Positions 20,861 to 32,014 of a stretch of DNA of 64,000 bases are shown here, one piece after another (positions within the stretch are counted from its first letter, which is position 1; every line of letters begins with the position of its first letter). This stretch comes from Dehalococcoidia bacterium (lineage in GTDB: Bacteria; Chloroflexota; Dehalococcoidia; Lucifugimonadales; JAGWBF01), in NCBI GenBank assembly GCA_965220375.1, contig OZ244824.1, positions 2,125,133 to 2,189,132 of the forward strand, given 5' to 3'. Under the pieces are notes generated by a model. The model had not been told where the DNA came from. It searched no databases and saw only the letters and a list, made by a program, of their open reading frames with translations. Both the position numbers and the translations under genes were made by a program.

Positions 20861-22258
20861 ATGGCGAAGACCATGTTGGACAAGATATGGGATGCCCACG
20901 TCGTCCACCAGGAAGCGGGACAGCCTGCTCTTCTGTACATTGACCTGCACCTGGTGCACGAGGTTACCTCCCCCCAGGCCTTCGATGGCCTGCGCCTTGC
21001 CGGCCGGAGGGTCCGCCAGCCCAGCCTGACCGTAGCTACAGCCGACCACAACACGCCGACGTGGGACTTGTCCCTGCCGGTAACCGACGAAATATCGCGG
21101 AGGCAGCTGGAGGCGTTGTCGGCAAACTGCGAAGAGTTCGGCATCACCCTGTACGACCGGTTCAGCGCACTGCAGGGAATAGTTCACATAATCGGCCCGG
21201 AACAGGGCTACACCCAGCCGGGCAAGACCATCGTCTGCGGGGACAGCCATACTGCAACCCACGGCGCTTACGGCGCGCTGGCTTTCGGGATCGGCACCTC
21301 CGAGGTTGAACACGTCCTGGCGACCCAGACTCTGCGGCAGGCCAAGCCCCGGAACATGGAAGTGAGGGTGGAGGGGGAGTTGCCGCTGGGGGTTACCGCC
21401 AAGGATATGATCCTGGGCATAATCGGGCGCATCGGCATCAACGGCGGCGCGGGCCATGCCATCGAATACACCGGAGAGGCGGTGCGGTCCCTGTCCATGG
21501 AAGGGCGGATGACCGTTTGCAACATGAGCATCGAGGCTGGGGCACGGGCAGGTATGGTGGCTCCAGACGACGTTACCTTCGATTACATGAAGGGAAGGGC
21601 GCAGGTGCCCCAGGGCAGGGACTTCGATCAAGCCGTTGAATCATGGAGGCAGCTTCCCTCCGATGCCGACGCATCCTACGACAAGGTCGTCCAAATCAAT
21701 GCAAGAGACCTGGAACCCTACGTAACTTGGGGGACCAACCCCGGAATGGTGGCGCCGGTGACGAGCCGGGTGCCCGATCCTGCATCCCTTGCCGAAGCGG
21801 CCGAAAGGGAAGCAGCCGAGCGTGCCCTGACCTACCTTGGGCTGGAGCCCAACGTGCCCATACAAGACATAGCCATAGACAGGGTGTTCCTTGGCTCATG
21901 CACTAATGGTCGACTGGAAGACTTGCGGGCCGCCGCCGAAGTAGTCAAAGGCCGGAAGGTCAACGAGAAGGTCTATGCCATGGTGGTGCCCGGCTCCAAT
22001 GCCATCAAGAGGCAGGCGGAAGCGGAAGGGTTGGATGCCGTCTTCACGGACGCAGGTTTCGATTGGCGGGAGGCGGGATGCTCCATGTGCCTGGGGATGA
22101 ATCCCGATGTGCTGGACCCGGGCCAGCGATGCGCCTCCACCTCCAACCGGAACTTCGAAGGCCGACAGGGCAAGGGTGGGCGCACCCACCTGGTCAGCCC
22201 CGCCATGGCCGCTGCGGCTGCAATTGCAGGACACTTCGTGGACATACGGGAATGGTAG
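20861..22258 (+). CDS. leuC: 3-isopropylmalate dehydratase large subunit
   Basis: '[15 protein letters not shown]' start with aconitase-family Cys motifs ('GSCTNGR', 'CSMCLGMN'). The ORF extends back to 20798. Confidence 0.92.
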   Translation: MAKTMLDKIWDAHVVHQEAGQPALLYIDLHLVHEVTSPQAFDGLRLAGRRVRQPSLTVATADHNTPTWDLSLPVTDEISRRQLEALSANCEEFGITLYDRFSALQGIVHIIGPEQGYTQPGKTIVCGDSHTATHGAYGALAFGIGTSEVEHVLATQTLRQAKPRNMEVRVEGELPLGVTAKDMILGIIGRIGINGGAGHAIEYTGEAVRSLSMEGRMTVCNMSIEAGARAGMVAPDDVTFDYMKGRAQVPQGRDFDQAVESWRQLPSDADASYDKVVQINARDLEPYVTWGTNPGMVAPVTSRVPDPASLAEAAEREAAERALTYLGLEPNVPIQDIAIDRVFLGSCTNGRLEDLRAAAEVVKGRKVNEKVYAMVVPGSNAIKRQAEAEGLDAVFTDAGFDWREAGCSMCLGMNPDVLDPGQRCASTSNRNFEGRQGKGGRTHLVSPAMAAAAAIAGHFVDIREW

Positions 22259-22309
22259 TGCCACGAACGTCAGCGCGGCCGCGCCGACGAACGTGATGAA
22301 GAGGAAGAT

Positions 22310-22903
22310 ATGGAAACCTTTGTGAAGCTGACCGGCAACGTTGCACCCTTAGACCGGGTAAGCGTCGACACGGACCAGATCATACCGGCGGTGTACCTCA
22401 AGAGGATTGAACGCACGGGATATGGAGAGTTCCTGTTTTCCCGATGGCGGTTCAACGAGGACGGCAGCCCCAAGCCGGACTTTGTCTTGAACCAGCCAGG
22501 TTACCGAGATGCCAAGGTGCTGGTGGCGGGCCGTAACTTCGGCTGCGGGTCGTCTAGGGAGCATGCGCCGTGGGCCCTGGACGGGTATGGCATTCGCTGC
22601 GTCATCGCTCCCAGCTTTGCCGACATCTTCTACAACAACTGCTTTCAGAATGGCCTTCTTCCGGTGATTCTCCCTGAGGATGCTGTGCGCACTATCCTGG
22701 ACAGGGCCTTGGCCAAACCGGGCTACCAACTGAACATCGACCTGGAGGCCCAGCGGGTCTGGGACGCCGATGAAGAGGTATCTTTCGCGTTTGAAATAGA
22801 CGCCTTTCGCAAACATGCGTTGTTGAACGGCCTGGATGACATAGGCCTGACCCTTCAGCACGAAGACAGGATCACGGCTTATGAAGAGGGTCGGGGAACC
22901 TAA
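22310..22903 (+). CDS. leuD: 3-isopropylmalate dehydratase small subunit
   Basis: 197 aa ('[17 protein letters not shown]', 'SFADIFYNN'). Confidence 0.92.
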   Translation: METFVKLTGNVAPLDRVSVDTDQIIPAVYLKRIERTGYGEFLFSRWRFNEDGSPKPDFVLNQPGYRDAKVLVAGRNFGCGSSREHAPWALDGYGIRCVIAPSFADIFYNNCFQNGLLPVILPEDAVRTILDRALAKPGYQLNIDLEAQRVWDADEEVSFAFEIDAFRKHALLNGLDDIGLTLQHEDRITAYEEGRGT

Positions 22904-22930
22904 CTAACTCAAGCCGGCAGGCAGGCGGGG

Positions 22931-23197
22931 ATGGCTATGGCGCGTCGGGAAAGAAGGCGGCACCCCGGGGGTAGGACTAAGAAGGCCGGACGCAGGCTGG
23001 ACCGCAGTATGCAAGTTACTTGTGATGCCTGCCGCACCCGGTTCAAGCCGCTGCAGGAGTTGTCCGTCAAAAGGATGCTGCTCCTGTCCTTGCTGCTGGT
23101 TGTTCCGGCTTGGATCTACTTCAACAACCGCTTCAAATGTCCCAATTGCGGCATCAGCCAGATCCACGCCCTGGCACAGGCAAGAAGCTCCCGCTAG
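22931..23197 (+). CDS. hypothetical small protein with a split zinc-ribbon (CxxC ... CxxC) around one hydrophobic helix
   Basis: 'CDAC'...'LLLSLLLVVPAWIYF'...'CPNC'. The start is uncertain; an internal ATG lies at 23009. Confidence 0.3.
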   Translation: MAMARRERRRHPGGRTKKAGRRLDRSMQVTCDACRTRFKPLQELSVKRMLLLSLLLVVPAWIYFNNRFKCPNCGISQIHALAQARSSR

Positions 23198-23218
23198 GGA
23201 AACGCCGGCAGGCCCGGC

Positions 23219-23728
23219 CTACTCCTCAAGAACGATGTCGCCGCTCTTGCCCCCGGTCTTCTTCACCAAACGGATCCCCTCCAGCCGGATGCCCCGGTCC
23301 ACGGCTTTGCACATGTCATAGATGGTGAGGGCTGCGACTGAAACCGCAGTCATGGCTTCCATCTCCACGCCTGTCTTCGCCGATGTGCGGGCGGTGGCGG
23401 TTATGCGAACTCCGACGTTCTCGCGGTCCACGTCAAGGTCCACCGTGACTTGGTCGATGGGGATAGGGTGGCATAGGGGAATGAGCTGCGGGGTCGCCTT
23501 GGCTGCCATGATCCCGGCGAGCCGGGCAGTGGCGAGCACATCCCCTTTTTCGAAGGAGCCGTCAACGATGAGCTGGAGGGTACGGGGCTGCACCGAGACG
23601 AACCCCCGGGCGACCGCCTCCCGCCGGGTCTCAGGCTTCCACCCCACATCGACCATCGATGCCTTTCCCTCGTCGTCCAGATGGGTCAGGGCAGGGTCTG
23701 CCGGTTGTCTCTCTTGCGGGTCTGGCAT
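23219..23728 (-). CDS. moaC: cyclic pyranopterin monophosphate synthase
   Basis: 169 aa ('[14 protein letters not shown]', '[23 protein letters not shown]'). Confidence 0.9.
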   Translation of the reverse strand: MPDPQERQPADPALTHLDDEGKASMVDVGWKPETRREAVARGFVSVQPRTLQLIVDGSFEKGDVLATARLAGIMAAKATPQLIPLCHPIPIDQVTVDLDVDRENVGVRITATARTSAKTGVEMEAMTAVSVAALTIYDMCKAVDRGIRLEGIRLVKKTGGKSGDIVLEE

Positions 23729-23738
23729 TGCAGGGCCT

Positions 23739-24767
23739 CTATCCTCCGATTTGATACATCTCGACCTTGGGGCTCGAGCCGGCAGTGGCCAGAGCCCGAA
23801 GCTCCGAGTAGCGGTCGTCCCGCACAGCCCAGATGCTTCTAATCAACTCCAGCAGGCCTTGATCGCTGGCGCCGGAACGCATCGGCCCCCGCAGGTCGGT
23901 TCCCCGACCAGAGAATAAACAGGTGTAGAGTTTGCCGTCGGTGGAGAGGCGCAGCCTGGTGCATGCTCCACAGAAAGGTTGGGTCACGGAGGCGATGATG
24001 CCAATCTCACCTTCACCATCTCGGTACCGATACCTGAGGGCTACCTCCCCCCGGTAGTTGGGGTCCATCGGCTCCAATGGCATGCTCCGGTCGATGGCCT
24101 CGAAGATGTCCTGCGCAGGCATAACCTCGTCCAGCTTCCAGCCGTTCAGGTTGCCCACATCCATATACTCGATGAAGCGGACAATGCACCCCGTTCCTTT
24201 GAAGTGCCGGGCCAGGTCCAGGATGGTGTGGTCGTTCACACCCTTCTGCACCACGCAGTTGATCTTTATGGGATCGAAGCCCAAATCTTGGGCTATCCGG
24301 ACCCCTTCCAGCACCCGGTCAGGGGAGAATCCCCGCCCGTTCATAGCCTTGAACACCTCTTCGTCCAGGGAGTCCAGGCTGATGGTGATGCGCCGAAGTC
24401 CGGCTTTCCTCAGGGCCTCCGCCTGTTGGGGCAGCAGGTAGCCGTTGGTTGTCAGGGTGAGATCTTGCAATTGGGGGATGGGAGCAAGGAGGGAAACAAG
24501 ATGAGGGACCCCGGTGCGGACGAGGGGTTCCCCCCCGGTCAGCCTGATCTTGGTTACGCCCAGCCAGACCATCAGCCCGCTTAAGCGGGCGATCTCCTCG
24601 AAGGAGAGTATCTCCTTTTTGGGCAGGAACTGGTACCGCTCGCCATAGACCTCAGCGGGCATGCAGTAGGGGCAGCGGAAGTTGCACCGGTCGGTCACCG
24701 AGACCCGCAGGTCCCGCAGCGGCCGCCCCAAGGCATCGGACGTTGTTGGCAGTGAATCAGTCTGCAT
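23739..24767 (-). CDS. moaA: GTP 3',8-cyclase (radical SAM)
   Basis: '[18 protein letters not shown]' radical-SAM cluster motif and a C-terminal '[15 protein letters not shown]'. Confidence 0.92.
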   Translation of the reverse strand: MQTDSLPTTSDALGRPLRDLRVSVTDRCNFRCPYCMPAEVYGERYQFLPKKEILSFEEIARLSGLMVWLGVTKIRLTGGEPLVRTGVPHLVSLLAPIPQLQDLTLTTNGYLLPQQAEALRKAGLRRITISLDSLDEEVFKAMNGRGFSPDRVLEGVRIAQDLGFDPIKINCVVQKGVNDHTILDLARHFKGTGCIVRFIEYMDVGNLNGWKLDEVMPAQDIFEAIDRSMPLEPMDPNYRGEVALRYRYRDGEGEIGIIASVTQPFCGACTRLRLSTDGKLYTCLFSGRGTDLRGPMRSGASDQGLLELIRSIWAVRDDRYSELRALATAGSSPKVEMYQIGG

Positions 24768-24768
24768 C

Positions 24769-25485
24769 TTACGTGGGCCACTCCCTCAGCAGGGCCAGGG
24801 CCTTCTGGGCTGCCTTGGCCCGGTGGCTGATGACGTTCTTCTCATCCATGCTCATCTCGGAGGTCGTCTTTCCAATGGAGGGCACGTAGAATATCGGGTC
24901 GTAACCAAACCCCCCGGTCCCTCGAGGCTCGAAAATAATCATGCCTTCGACCGATCCTTCCACCGTCGTTAACTTTCCCGCAGGAGTGGAGATGGCGATG
25001 GTGCTTCGAAACCTCCCGGCTCTTTCCTCCCAGGGGATGTTCTTCATGTTGTCCAAGAGCAGCCGGACTCGGCCTTCATCATCGTAGCCCGGGCCTCCGT
25101 ACCTGGCCGACCTCACCCCAGGCTCGCCCCCCAGGGTATCCACTTCCAACCCCGAATCCTCAGCCAGTGTCAAGAGTCCGCTGGCCTCCGCATAAGCCCT
25201 AGCCTTGATGCTGGCATTGTCATAGAAGGTGCTGCCAGTCTCCTCGACATCCATATCCGAAGGAACCCCCGCCTCATCAAGGGAAATCAGTTCGAAGGGA
25301 ATGTCCTGCAGAAGTCGCTCGAACTCTCGTACCTTGCCGGGGTTCCGTGTGGCCACAACCAGCTTATCTACCGGATGCCTCCTGAGGGCCGAAACCGGTT
25401 GTGCGTGCCACCAAGCGTCTGCGATTCGGCCATATTGCCGCTTTCTTCTAATTGTAGCATGACGATATGGACTAACGAGGCGCAT
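24769..25485 (-). CDS. rdgB: XTP/dITP diphosphatase (RdgB/HAM1 family)
   Basis: 'LVVATRNPGKVREF', 'GEPGVRSARY' and 'FGYDPIF'. The true start is probably downstream of 25485 (non-ATG, near 'VDKLVVAT'). Confidence 0.8.
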   Translation of the reverse strand: MRLVSPYRHATIRRKRQYGRIADAWWHAQPVSALRRHPVDKLVVATRNPGKVREFERLLQDIPFELISLDEAGVPSDMDVEETGSTFYDNASIKARAYAEASGLLTLAEDSGLEVDTLGGEPGVRSARYGGPGYDDEGRVRLLLDNMKNIPWEERAGRFRSTIAISTPAGKLTTVEGSVEGMIIFEPRGTGGFGYDPIFYVPSIGKTTSEMSMDEKNVISHRAKAAQKALALLREWPT

Positions 25486-25714
25486 CAGGGGTTCCCTGGT
25501 TTGCGAAACAGGCGGGCTTTCAAAAGAAGTGTGAAGAGAATGGAGGCGCAGAATCCAACGTAAAGCTCAGGTGCAAGGCGCGCTCTGAGTGTCCCGGCAT
25601 CCTGCGCTTCTCGAAGGAACAATGTCAGTTATTCCTAAGGACCCTTGGGAAGTTGCCTGGTCCTGGACCGCGGAGTGTCGAGAATGCGATATCCGCTTTC
25701 GATATTCCCTGCCC

Positions 25715-26887
25715 TTAGTCCGCTGTCGCTTTCTCCGCCTGGATGTCCTCCGCCTTTCCGTTGCGGAACATAAAGCGGTCCACCAGACCCGTTACCGTTG
25801 TCCTGAAACCGCTGTATTCCAGCTCGGTATAAGGCAGCATCGCTGCGCCCGACCAGCCTTGGCTTCGCATCTCCATCCCCTTCTCCTGGGCCCTGATCCT
25901 CACCACATCCCAAGCAGGGTTGTCAAAGAAGTCAACGAAGGAGTCGGAGAAATGCCCGTCAGGACTGACGGAAAACCCCGTGCAGGATACGAGGGGAAGG
26001 CAGTATATTCCGGTTACCGGCGTGTTGATAGGCACGGGCATCAGGGGCATTACATGCGAGCCCCTAGCGTCCCCACCCACGTAATGGGCCTTGGCAAAGG
26101 GTGAAGTCAGCTCCTCGGGCGCCGGGAATATGCCTTGGTTGCGTACCAGAGCTACGGGGTCGTCCTTGCCGGTGTATGTGCCTGCGATGTTGTGCAGACG
26201 CTGGGCCGAGATGGACGCCGCCTGCTGTCCATTGGAGCGGGAGTATATACGGTCGATGCCGAAGCGCTCGTTGTCCCTGAGAAGGGCTGCGATGCGATAG
26301 TAGTCTTCAGGGGCGTTCAGTTCGATGATGCTGTCCCCGCCGGTGTTGTCCATGTCGATGATGTGGAAAGTGAATCCCTGGATCATATTGGGGAGCATCA
26401 GCCCACCGCAGTACATCGGGTCGGCGAAGCCCAGGAAGATCGGCAGGTTGTAGGCGCCGGGGCCGCACTTGTCGGCGGCCAGCATCATGAAAGACTCGGC
26501 GGGCCTTACCCGGTTGCCTTTGCCCGGCTCATGCTCGAACTCCAGCTCAGCAACGGCGGGGCCTGCGCCCCGGATGTTGCCCGAGGGCGCATCCACCAGC
26601 AGGTCTTGGCCCGCCCCGTAAAGCCCGTGGCTTGAGGCGATCTCAGTGGCCTTGATAAAGGTGTTCCATGCAAACTGGTGTATGTTTGTGTCGTCGGGTC
26701 CCTTGGTGTGGGACATCAGAATGGCGATATCGTCGCCGGTGTGGGAGACCCATCCATCGATTATCAGTCCCGAGCTGATGGCTGCTTCCGTATCCTGGCG
26801 GACGGCATCCAACATCTTGTCGCTTGGCTTGGTGTGTCCGCCCACGGAACCCACATCTGCCTTGAGAATTGACAAAGTTAGCTTCAT
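25715..26887 (-). CDS. fbp: fructose-1,6-bisphosphate aldolase/phosphatase (class V FBPase)
   Basis: The 'MKLTLSILKADVGSVGGHTKPS' N-terminus is characteristic of the archaeal-type bifunctional enzyme. 390 aa. Confidence 0.88.
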   Translation of the reverse strand: MKLTLSILKADVGSVGGHTKPSDKMLDAVRQDTEAAISSGLIIDGWVSHTGDDIAILMSHTKGPDDTNIHQFAWNTFIKATEIASSHGLYGAGQDLLVDAPSGNIRGAGPAVAELEFEHEPGKGNRVRPAESFMMLAADKCGPGAYNLPIFLGFADPMYCGGLMLPNMIQGFTFHIIDMDNTGGDSIIELNAPEDYYRIAALLRDNERFGIDRIYSRSNGQQAASISAQRLHNIAGTYTGKDDPVALVRNQGIFPAPEELTSPFAKAHYVGGDARGSHVMPLMPVPINTPVTGIYCLPLVSCTGFSVSPDGHFSDSFVDFFDNPAWDVVRIRAQEKGMEMRSQGWSGAAMLPYTELEYSGFRTTVTGLVDRFMFRNGKAEDIQAEKATAD

Positions 26888-27086
26888 GGCTGCTCCTTAG
26901 AATTTGGTGGTACTCTGCCAACTTCCTTTGCGGTGATCATGTTGGAGGCAATGACGTTTCCCTGAGTGCAAGGGCTGCACCGGCGATATGTGGGGTTATC
27001 AAGGAAGGGGGCTAAACACGAGGCCAGTGTAGCAGAGGCCCAGAATCCCTGTCAACGAAAGCGGGAGTCCGTGGGCGGACGGCCTG

Positions 27087-28751
27087 CTAGTATCCCCAAG
27101 TGGGCTGGTACTCGCCGAAGACCTCTCTCAGCACATCCATCATCTCACCCAGGGTGGCGTAGGCTTTGACCGCCTCGATAAGGGGCACCATGAGATTTTG
27201 GTCATTTCGCGCTGCGTGTCCCAGCTCTGCCAGCTTGGCGCGTACTTGCCTGCCGTCCCTGTTCCGCCGGATGCCGTTGAGACGTTCGAGGTGATGGGCT
27301 TCCCCCTCTTCATCCATCCTGAGCAGAGGTATTTCAGGGGCATCGCCGGTTACGTACTTGTTGACGCCGACGGTAATCCTCTCGCCACGATCAACCTCCA
27401 GCTGGTACCTGTAGGCGGCCCCGGCGATCTCCTGCTGGAAGTAGCCCATCTCGATGGAGGGGAGCACACCGCCCAGGTCTTCGATCCGATGGAAGTAATC
27501 GTGGGCTTCCGTTTCCATCTGCCGGGTGAGACTTTCCAGGTAGTAGCTCCCCCCAAGGGGGTCCACGATGTTGGCCACTCCGCTCTCGTGGGCTATGACC
27601 TGCTGGGTGCGTAGGGCCAGAAGCACAGCCTGCTCGGAAGGCAGCGCCCACGCTTCGTCCATGGAGTTTGTATGGAGGGACTGGGCGCCCCCCATCACCG
27701 CCGCCAGCGCCTGGATGCCCACGCGGATGGCGTTGTTCTCGGGCTGCTGGGCTGTCAGCGACCAGCCTGCCGTCTGGGCATGGGTGCGCATCCACCATGA
27801 GCGGGGGTCCTTGGCATGAAAGGTGTCCCGCATCTCCTGGGCCCATATCTTCCGGGCAGCGCGAAGCTTGGCTATCTCCTCGAAGAAGTAGTTGTCGACG
27901 TTGAAGAAGAAGCTCAGACGGGGCGCAAAGTCGTCTATGTCCAAGCCTCGGGCCAAGCCCCAGCGTACATACTCCCGGCCATCCTCCAGGGTGAACGCCA
28001 GCTCCTGCACGGCCGTCGCGCCGGCCTCCCTGATGTGGTAACCGCTGATGCTGATAGGGTTCCACCGGGGCATGTGCTTGGAGGCAAACTCGATGGTATC
28101 CACCACCAGGCGCATGGAGGGTTCCGGTGGAAAGATGTACTCGTTCTGGGCGATGTATTCCTTCAGGATATCGTTCTGGAGGGTACCCCCCATACTGTCT
28201 ATTGCCAGGCCCTTCTGTTCGGCCACGGCGATGTACATGGCCCAGACTATGGCGGCCGGGCTGTTTATGGTCATCGACGTAGTGATCCCCTGGAGGGGGA
28301 TTTCGTCGAAGAGCACCTCCATGTCGGCCAGTGAGGAGATAGCCACACCGCACTTGCCGAACTCGCCGGCGGCCTGGGGGGCATCGGTGTCGTAGCCGTA
28401 GAGGGTGGGCATATCGAAAGCGACGCTGAGACCCGTCTGGCCGTTCTCGAGCAAGTACTTGAACCGCTCGTTGGTTTCTTCTGCAGTGCCATAGCCTGCA
28501 AACATGCGCATGGTCCAGAGGCGGCCCCGGTAGCCTGTGGGGTGCACTCCCCGCAGGAAGGGAAATTCACCCGGGTAACCGATTTCATCGGCATGGCCGG
28601 CGTCATTCAGGTCCAAGGGCGAGTAGGCGGCCTTGACGGGAATCTGGGAGGGAGTGTTGAACGCAGCCTTGGTCTGGGGCGCCTTTGCTGCGCTTCTTTC
28701 CCATGCAGCTTCAGCTTCCCGCATGGATTCCATGTCATGCTGCTCGGTCAA
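27087..28751 (-). CDS. methylmalonyl-CoA mutase family, large catalytic subunit (no B12 domain)
   Basis: 554 aa ('[30 protein letters not shown]', '[13 protein letters not shown]'). It has a TTG start, and the B12-binding domain is not fused. Confidence 0.88.
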   Translation of the reverse strand: MTEQHDMESMREAEAAWERSAAKAPQTKAAFNTPSQIPVKAAYSPLDLNDAGHADEIGYPGEFPFLRGVHPTGYRGRLWTMRMFAGYGTAEETNERFKYLLENGQTGLSVAFDMPTLYGYDTDAPQAAGEFGKCGVAISSLADMEVLFDEIPLQGITTSMTINSPAAIVWAMYIAVAEQKGLAIDSMGGTLQNDILKEYIAQNEYIFPPEPSMRLVVDTIEFASKHMPRWNPISISGYHIREAGATAVQELAFTLEDGREYVRWGLARGLDIDDFAPRLSFFFNVDNYFFEEIAKLRAARKIWAQEMRDTFHAKDPRSWWMRTHAQTAGWSLTAQQPENNAIRVGIQALAAVMGGAQSLHTNSMDEAWALPSEQAVLLALRTQQVIAHESGVANIVDPLGGSYYLESLTRQMETEAHDYFHRIEDLGGVLPSIEMGYFQQEIAGAAYRYQLEVDRGERITVGVNKYVTGDAPEIPLLRMDEEGEAHHLERLNGIRRNRDGRQVRAKLAELGHAARNDQNLMVPLIEAVKAYATLGEMMDVLREVFGEYQPTWGY

Positions 28752-28853
28752 GCCTTCACCTCTGGCAGGTTTCGCCGACGTCCTGGCAACCGAATATGAT
28801 GGTAACTTGCCTTCCCAGAGTCTAGCAACGGGCAGCGCAAACGGTCAAACCTG
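28734..28853. repeat. 120-bp direct repeat, copy 1 (mutase start codon, first 5-6 codons and upstream region)
   Basis: Aligns base-for-base with 29589..29708, with roughly ten mismatches by eye. Confidence 0.85.
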
Positions 28854-28967
28854 TGGACTAGGACCTTCTTGACTCAGGGCGAGGGCTTGCTCCTGCTGAT
28901 GTTCCTCCCTGCAATCAGGACGGAGTTGTGCCAGGGTTGTGTTGGCAGGACTGGACACTTCTGATTC

Positions 28968-29324
28968 TCAGGATGTCGGCGGATGCGATATACGGATTCG
29001 TCCGCCTCGCACGGTTACTACAGATCGCTCCTCAAGTGCTTGATGGTGGCCTTCGAGGACGGCTTTAACCGCTTCGATTCGCTGGGGCACTCGAACATCG
29101 GGCAGGAGTATCATTCCCGAGTGCGAAACCCGTCGCAGGTAGATCAGTTCTCCGATGTCCTTGTCCATTGTGACGAGAACGCGGTCCTCTGCCCCCGCCC
29201 GTTCCAGCAATGCCCTGTCGCCTGGATCCGAACCGAGGGTCTGGGCCTCAACCACATCGTGACCGTTATTGCTCAACCATTCTGCCAACCTGCGTCCGGC
29301 GCATCGATCTACCAGGAACCTCAC
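28968..29324 (-). CDS. PIN-like toxin (DUF5615/Mut7-C-like)
   Basis: 'VRFLVDRCAGRRLAEWLSNNGHDVV...VLVTMDKDIGEL'. The GTG start overlaps the antitoxin stop (GTGA); the ORF extends back to 29393. Confidence 0.65.
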   Translation of the reverse strand: MRFLVDRCAGRRLAEWLSNNGHDVVEAQTLGSDPGDRALLERAGAEDRVLVTMDKDIGELIYLRRVSHSGMILLPDVRVPQRIEAVKAVLEGHHQALEERSVVTVRGGRIRISHPPTS

Positions 29325-29593
29325 GGTGGCGGTGCTACTGACACGCGCGCTAGGGTATCGCCGGCTATCACCGCGTGGGCGTAGGCGATGCAAGCCCGTA
29401 TGTCATCCGGTTCCAGTCCCGGATAATCGTCTATGAGTTCATCCTGGGCAGCTCCTTGGCTGAGTAGGCTCAACACAAGTTCCACCGATATACGGATGTC
29501 ACGGACTATCGGTTTGCCGCCAAATACGTCGGGGCGGGCTGTTATGCGCTCCAGCAGTTCCCCGTTATCTGCCATAGCTTCCTCTTGCGTCAT
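29321..29593 (-). CDS. DUF433-family antitoxin-like protein
   Basis: 'ITARPDVFGGKPIVRDIRISVELVLSLLSQGAAQDELIDDYPGLEPDDIRACIAYA' matches the DUF433 pattern. An alternative start is the second ATG (MADNG...). Confidence 0.7.
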   Translation of the reverse strand: MTQEEAMADNGELLERITARPDVFGGKPIVRDIRISVELVLSLLSQGAAQDELIDDYPGLEPDDIRACIAYAHAVIAGDTLARVSVAPPP

Positions 29594-29708
29594 GCTGCTC
29601 GGTCAAGCCTTCACCTCTGGCAGGTTTCGCCGATGTTCTGGCAACCGAATATGATGGAAGCCTGCCTTCCCAGAGTCTAGCAACGGCCAGTGCCAACGGT
29701 CAAACCTG
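29589..29708. repeat. 120-bp direct repeat, copy 2 (upstream of the toxin-antitoxin pair)
   Basis: See 28734..28853. The offset between copies is 855 bp. Confidence 0.85.
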
Positions 29709-29740
29709 CCCGGTTTCTCCCGTCCCATCCGGACAGGCCG

Positions 29741-30985
29741 CTACCCTGCACGGATGCTTCTTCCGGCAACCAACACGAAGTTCACCGATGCTGCCGCCAC
29801 TATGATGCTGTCGATCCACAAGGCCCATCTGAAGTCAAGAAGGTCGGACAGCCCGCCAAACAGCAAAGCGCCACCCAGGAAGCCTGCTCCCCCTATGGTC
29901 CTGAACAGGCCAAGGGTGATACCTTCGGCCCCCGGCGGAGCCGCGTCGGCAACGTAAGCTGTTGGGGGAGGGCCCGCAAACCCTTCGCCTATGCCCAGGA
30001 AGACCGCCGAGACCAGGAGCAGGTAGATGTTCTCTGCCTGGATAAATATGAATATGCCAAGGATGATGCAGGCTGCTGCCGGTAGCACTGTGGATACTCG
30101 CCCGAACCGGTCGGATATAAAGGCTGTGAGGGGGAGAAACATCAGCTGGGGGATATGAGTCACCGTCAGGAATACTCCCAGCTGTCCGAGACCGAAGCCC
30201 TTCGCGCTCCCCAGGAGGGGCATTATGGCGAAACGGCCTCCCTGCCTGTTGGCGACGATGGCAAGATTGAACAGGCATGCCGATACGAAGCCCGGATGAC
30301 GCAGCAGGATGTTCAGTCCTCGGAGGGTGCTCATTCTCTGAGCGGTCGGGCCCGGCTGATCTGAGGACTGGGCCCCCTTTGAAGCCAATGCCCTGCTTCC
30401 CGCCTGGGTCTCCGGCAGCCACAGTTGCACCACCAGCACCCCCACGCCGACGGCCACAGCCTGCGCATACAGGGGCGCCCTGATTCCCAGCCACTCCGCC
30501 ATGTATCCCCCGATGAACGGGCCTACCAGGACCCCTAGGACCACGCTGATCTCCTGCAAGCTCTGGAATCTTGCCCTGGTCTCCGGGGTGGAGACATCCC
30601 GCAGGTATATGGCTGCCCCGACCATGTACGCGCCCCCGCCAAGTCCCGCAATGCCTCGGTAAATCATCAGCTCGTTCAGGCTGCCGGAAAAAGGCACCAG
30701 GATGGACCCCACAGCGGCGAGGCCGGTCCCCCCTATGAGGACTATGCGCCGGCCATAGCGCTGGGCCAGGATGCCCGAGGGTATGCCCATGGCAACCCGT
30801 CCGAAGCCGAAGATTCCTACGGCGAGGCCGACAAGGAAGGGGCTGTCGTTGAAGTCCTCCGCGAAGAGGGGCAGCACCGGCGAGATGATCCCCTGGGAAA
30901 GGAGACTGAAGAAAATGGCGACGCATAGCACCACCACTCCCCGACGGGACGGTGAAAGGGTGGACAGCTGGTGGGATATCCGCAT
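29741..30985 (-). CDS. MFS transporter
   Basis: 414 aa, 12 predicted helices, with 'GRRIVLIGG' and 'DRFGR' loop motifs. Confidence 0.8.
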   Translation of the reverse strand: MRISHQLSTLSPSRRGVVVLCVAIFFSLLSQGIISPVLPLFAEDFNDSPFLVGLAVGIFGFGRVAMGIPSGILAQRYGRRIVLIGGTGLAAVGSILVPFSGSLNELMIYRGIAGLGGGAYMVGAAIYLRDVSTPETRARFQSLQEISVVLGVLVGPFIGGYMAEWLGIRAPLYAQAVAVGVGVLVVQLWLPETQAGSRALASKGAQSSDQPGPTAQRMSTLRGLNILLRHPGFVSACLFNLAIVANRQGGRFAIMPLLGSAKGFGLGQLGVFLTVTHIPQLMFLPLTAFISDRFGRVSTVLPAAACIILGIFIFIQAENIYLLLVSAVFLGIGEGFAGPPPTAYVADAAPPGAEGITLGLFRTIGGAGFLGGALLFGGLSDLLDFRWALWIDSIIVAAASVNFVLVAGRSIRAG

Positions 30986-31002
30986 GCTACGTGGGAGCTT
31001 CT

Positions 31003-31188
31003 TCAGCGAGGCAGGACTTCCCTGACCCGCCGCTCCAGGTATGAGCGCTGCAGCATTACCTGGCGGGAACAGCCTTCACACCTGATGCCGATGTCCGCCC
31101 CCAGGCGCACCACCTGCCACATGCTGCTGCCGCAGGGGTGGGTCTTCTTCAGGCGAAGCATGTCGCCGATGCGCAACTCTAGGACCAT
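31003..31188 (-). CDS. DUF951 family protein
   Basis: 61 aa: 'LRLKKTHPCGSSMWQVVRLGADIGIRCEGCSRQVML'. Confidence 0.7.
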   Translation of the reverse strand: MVLELRIGDMLRLKKTHPCGSSMWQVVRLGADIGIRCEGCSRQVMLQRSYLERRVREVLPR

Positions 31189-31216
31189 CCCTTGCCTTCC
31201 TGCTCCAAGACTGCGT

Positions 31217-32014
31217 TCATCTGCTCCCGCAGCTCCAGGGCGGCCCGACGGGCAGCCTGGGGATAGTCCGATTCCTTGGATGCGTACAGTACCCCCTGGA
31301 CGAGCTTACGATAGCCATGCGCCCTGCTGCGTTGGTGCCCAACCGCACCGACTCCTCCAGGTCACCCCCTTGGGCGCCAACGCCCGGAATCAGAAAGGGC
31401 ATGTCGGGACAGGCGTCCCTCACCCTCCTCATCTCCTGGGGGTAGGTAGCCCCCACCACCAGCCCAAGATTGCCGTTGTCGTTCCAAGATTGGGTCTTCT
31501 CAGCCAGCACTTCGAAGACGGGACGCTGGCGCCCGTTGGAGCCGACGGGCAGGTCCTGGATATCGCCGGCGGTGTCGTTAGAGCTGCGGCACCAGACGAA
31601 AATCCCCTTTTCCTTATGATCGAGGAAGGGTTGAAGCGAACCCCGGCCACCCCAAGCGTTGGCGGTTATAGCGTCGAACCCCCATACATCGAACATGGCC
31701 TTGGCGTAGCTTTCGGCCGAAGGTCCCAGCTCTCCGCGCTTGGCATCGCCGATGACCGGTATCCCTGCGCCTGTGCTCCCGATGTATTCCACAGTTTCTT
31801 TAAGGGCTTGCAGACCTGGGATGCCCTGGGCTTCATAGAAGGACAGGTTTGGCTTGTAGGCGCAGACCAGGTCCAAGGTGGCATCGATAATGGCGCGGTT
31901 GAATTCGAACACGTCGGACACAGGCATATGCCTGGGGTCGGGGTCCAGCCCCACGCAAAGAAGACTCCGGTTCGCCGAGCATGCGGCCTCCAGCTTTTCC
32001 ACGAACGACGCCAA
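31217..32014 (-). CDS. pyrF: orotidine 5'-phosphate decarboxylase (type 2)
   Basis: 'LCVGLDPDP', 'DAKRGELG' and 'FLIPGVGAQGG'. Confidence 0.88.
   Translation of the reverse strand: MASFVEKLEAACSANRSLLCVGLDPDPRHMPVSDVFEFNRAIIDATLDLVCAYKPNLSFYEAQGIPGLQALKETVEYIGSTGAGIPVIGDAKRGELGPSAESYAKAMFDVWGFDAITANAWGGRGSLQPFLDHKEKGIFVWCRSSNDTAGDIQDLPVGSNGRQRPVFEVLAEKTQSWNDNGNLGLVVGATYPQEMRRVRDACPDMPFLIPGVGAQGGDLEESVRLGTNAAGRMAIVSSSRGYCTHPRNRTIPRLPVGPPWSCGSR

Noticed and set aside
25486-25714. Possible small RNA (SRP/6S-like) in the rdgB-fbp intergenic region
   Set aside because: Only short generic hairpins are present (CTCAG...CTGAG, GATATC palindrome). I found no conserved motif of any RNA family I can recognise.
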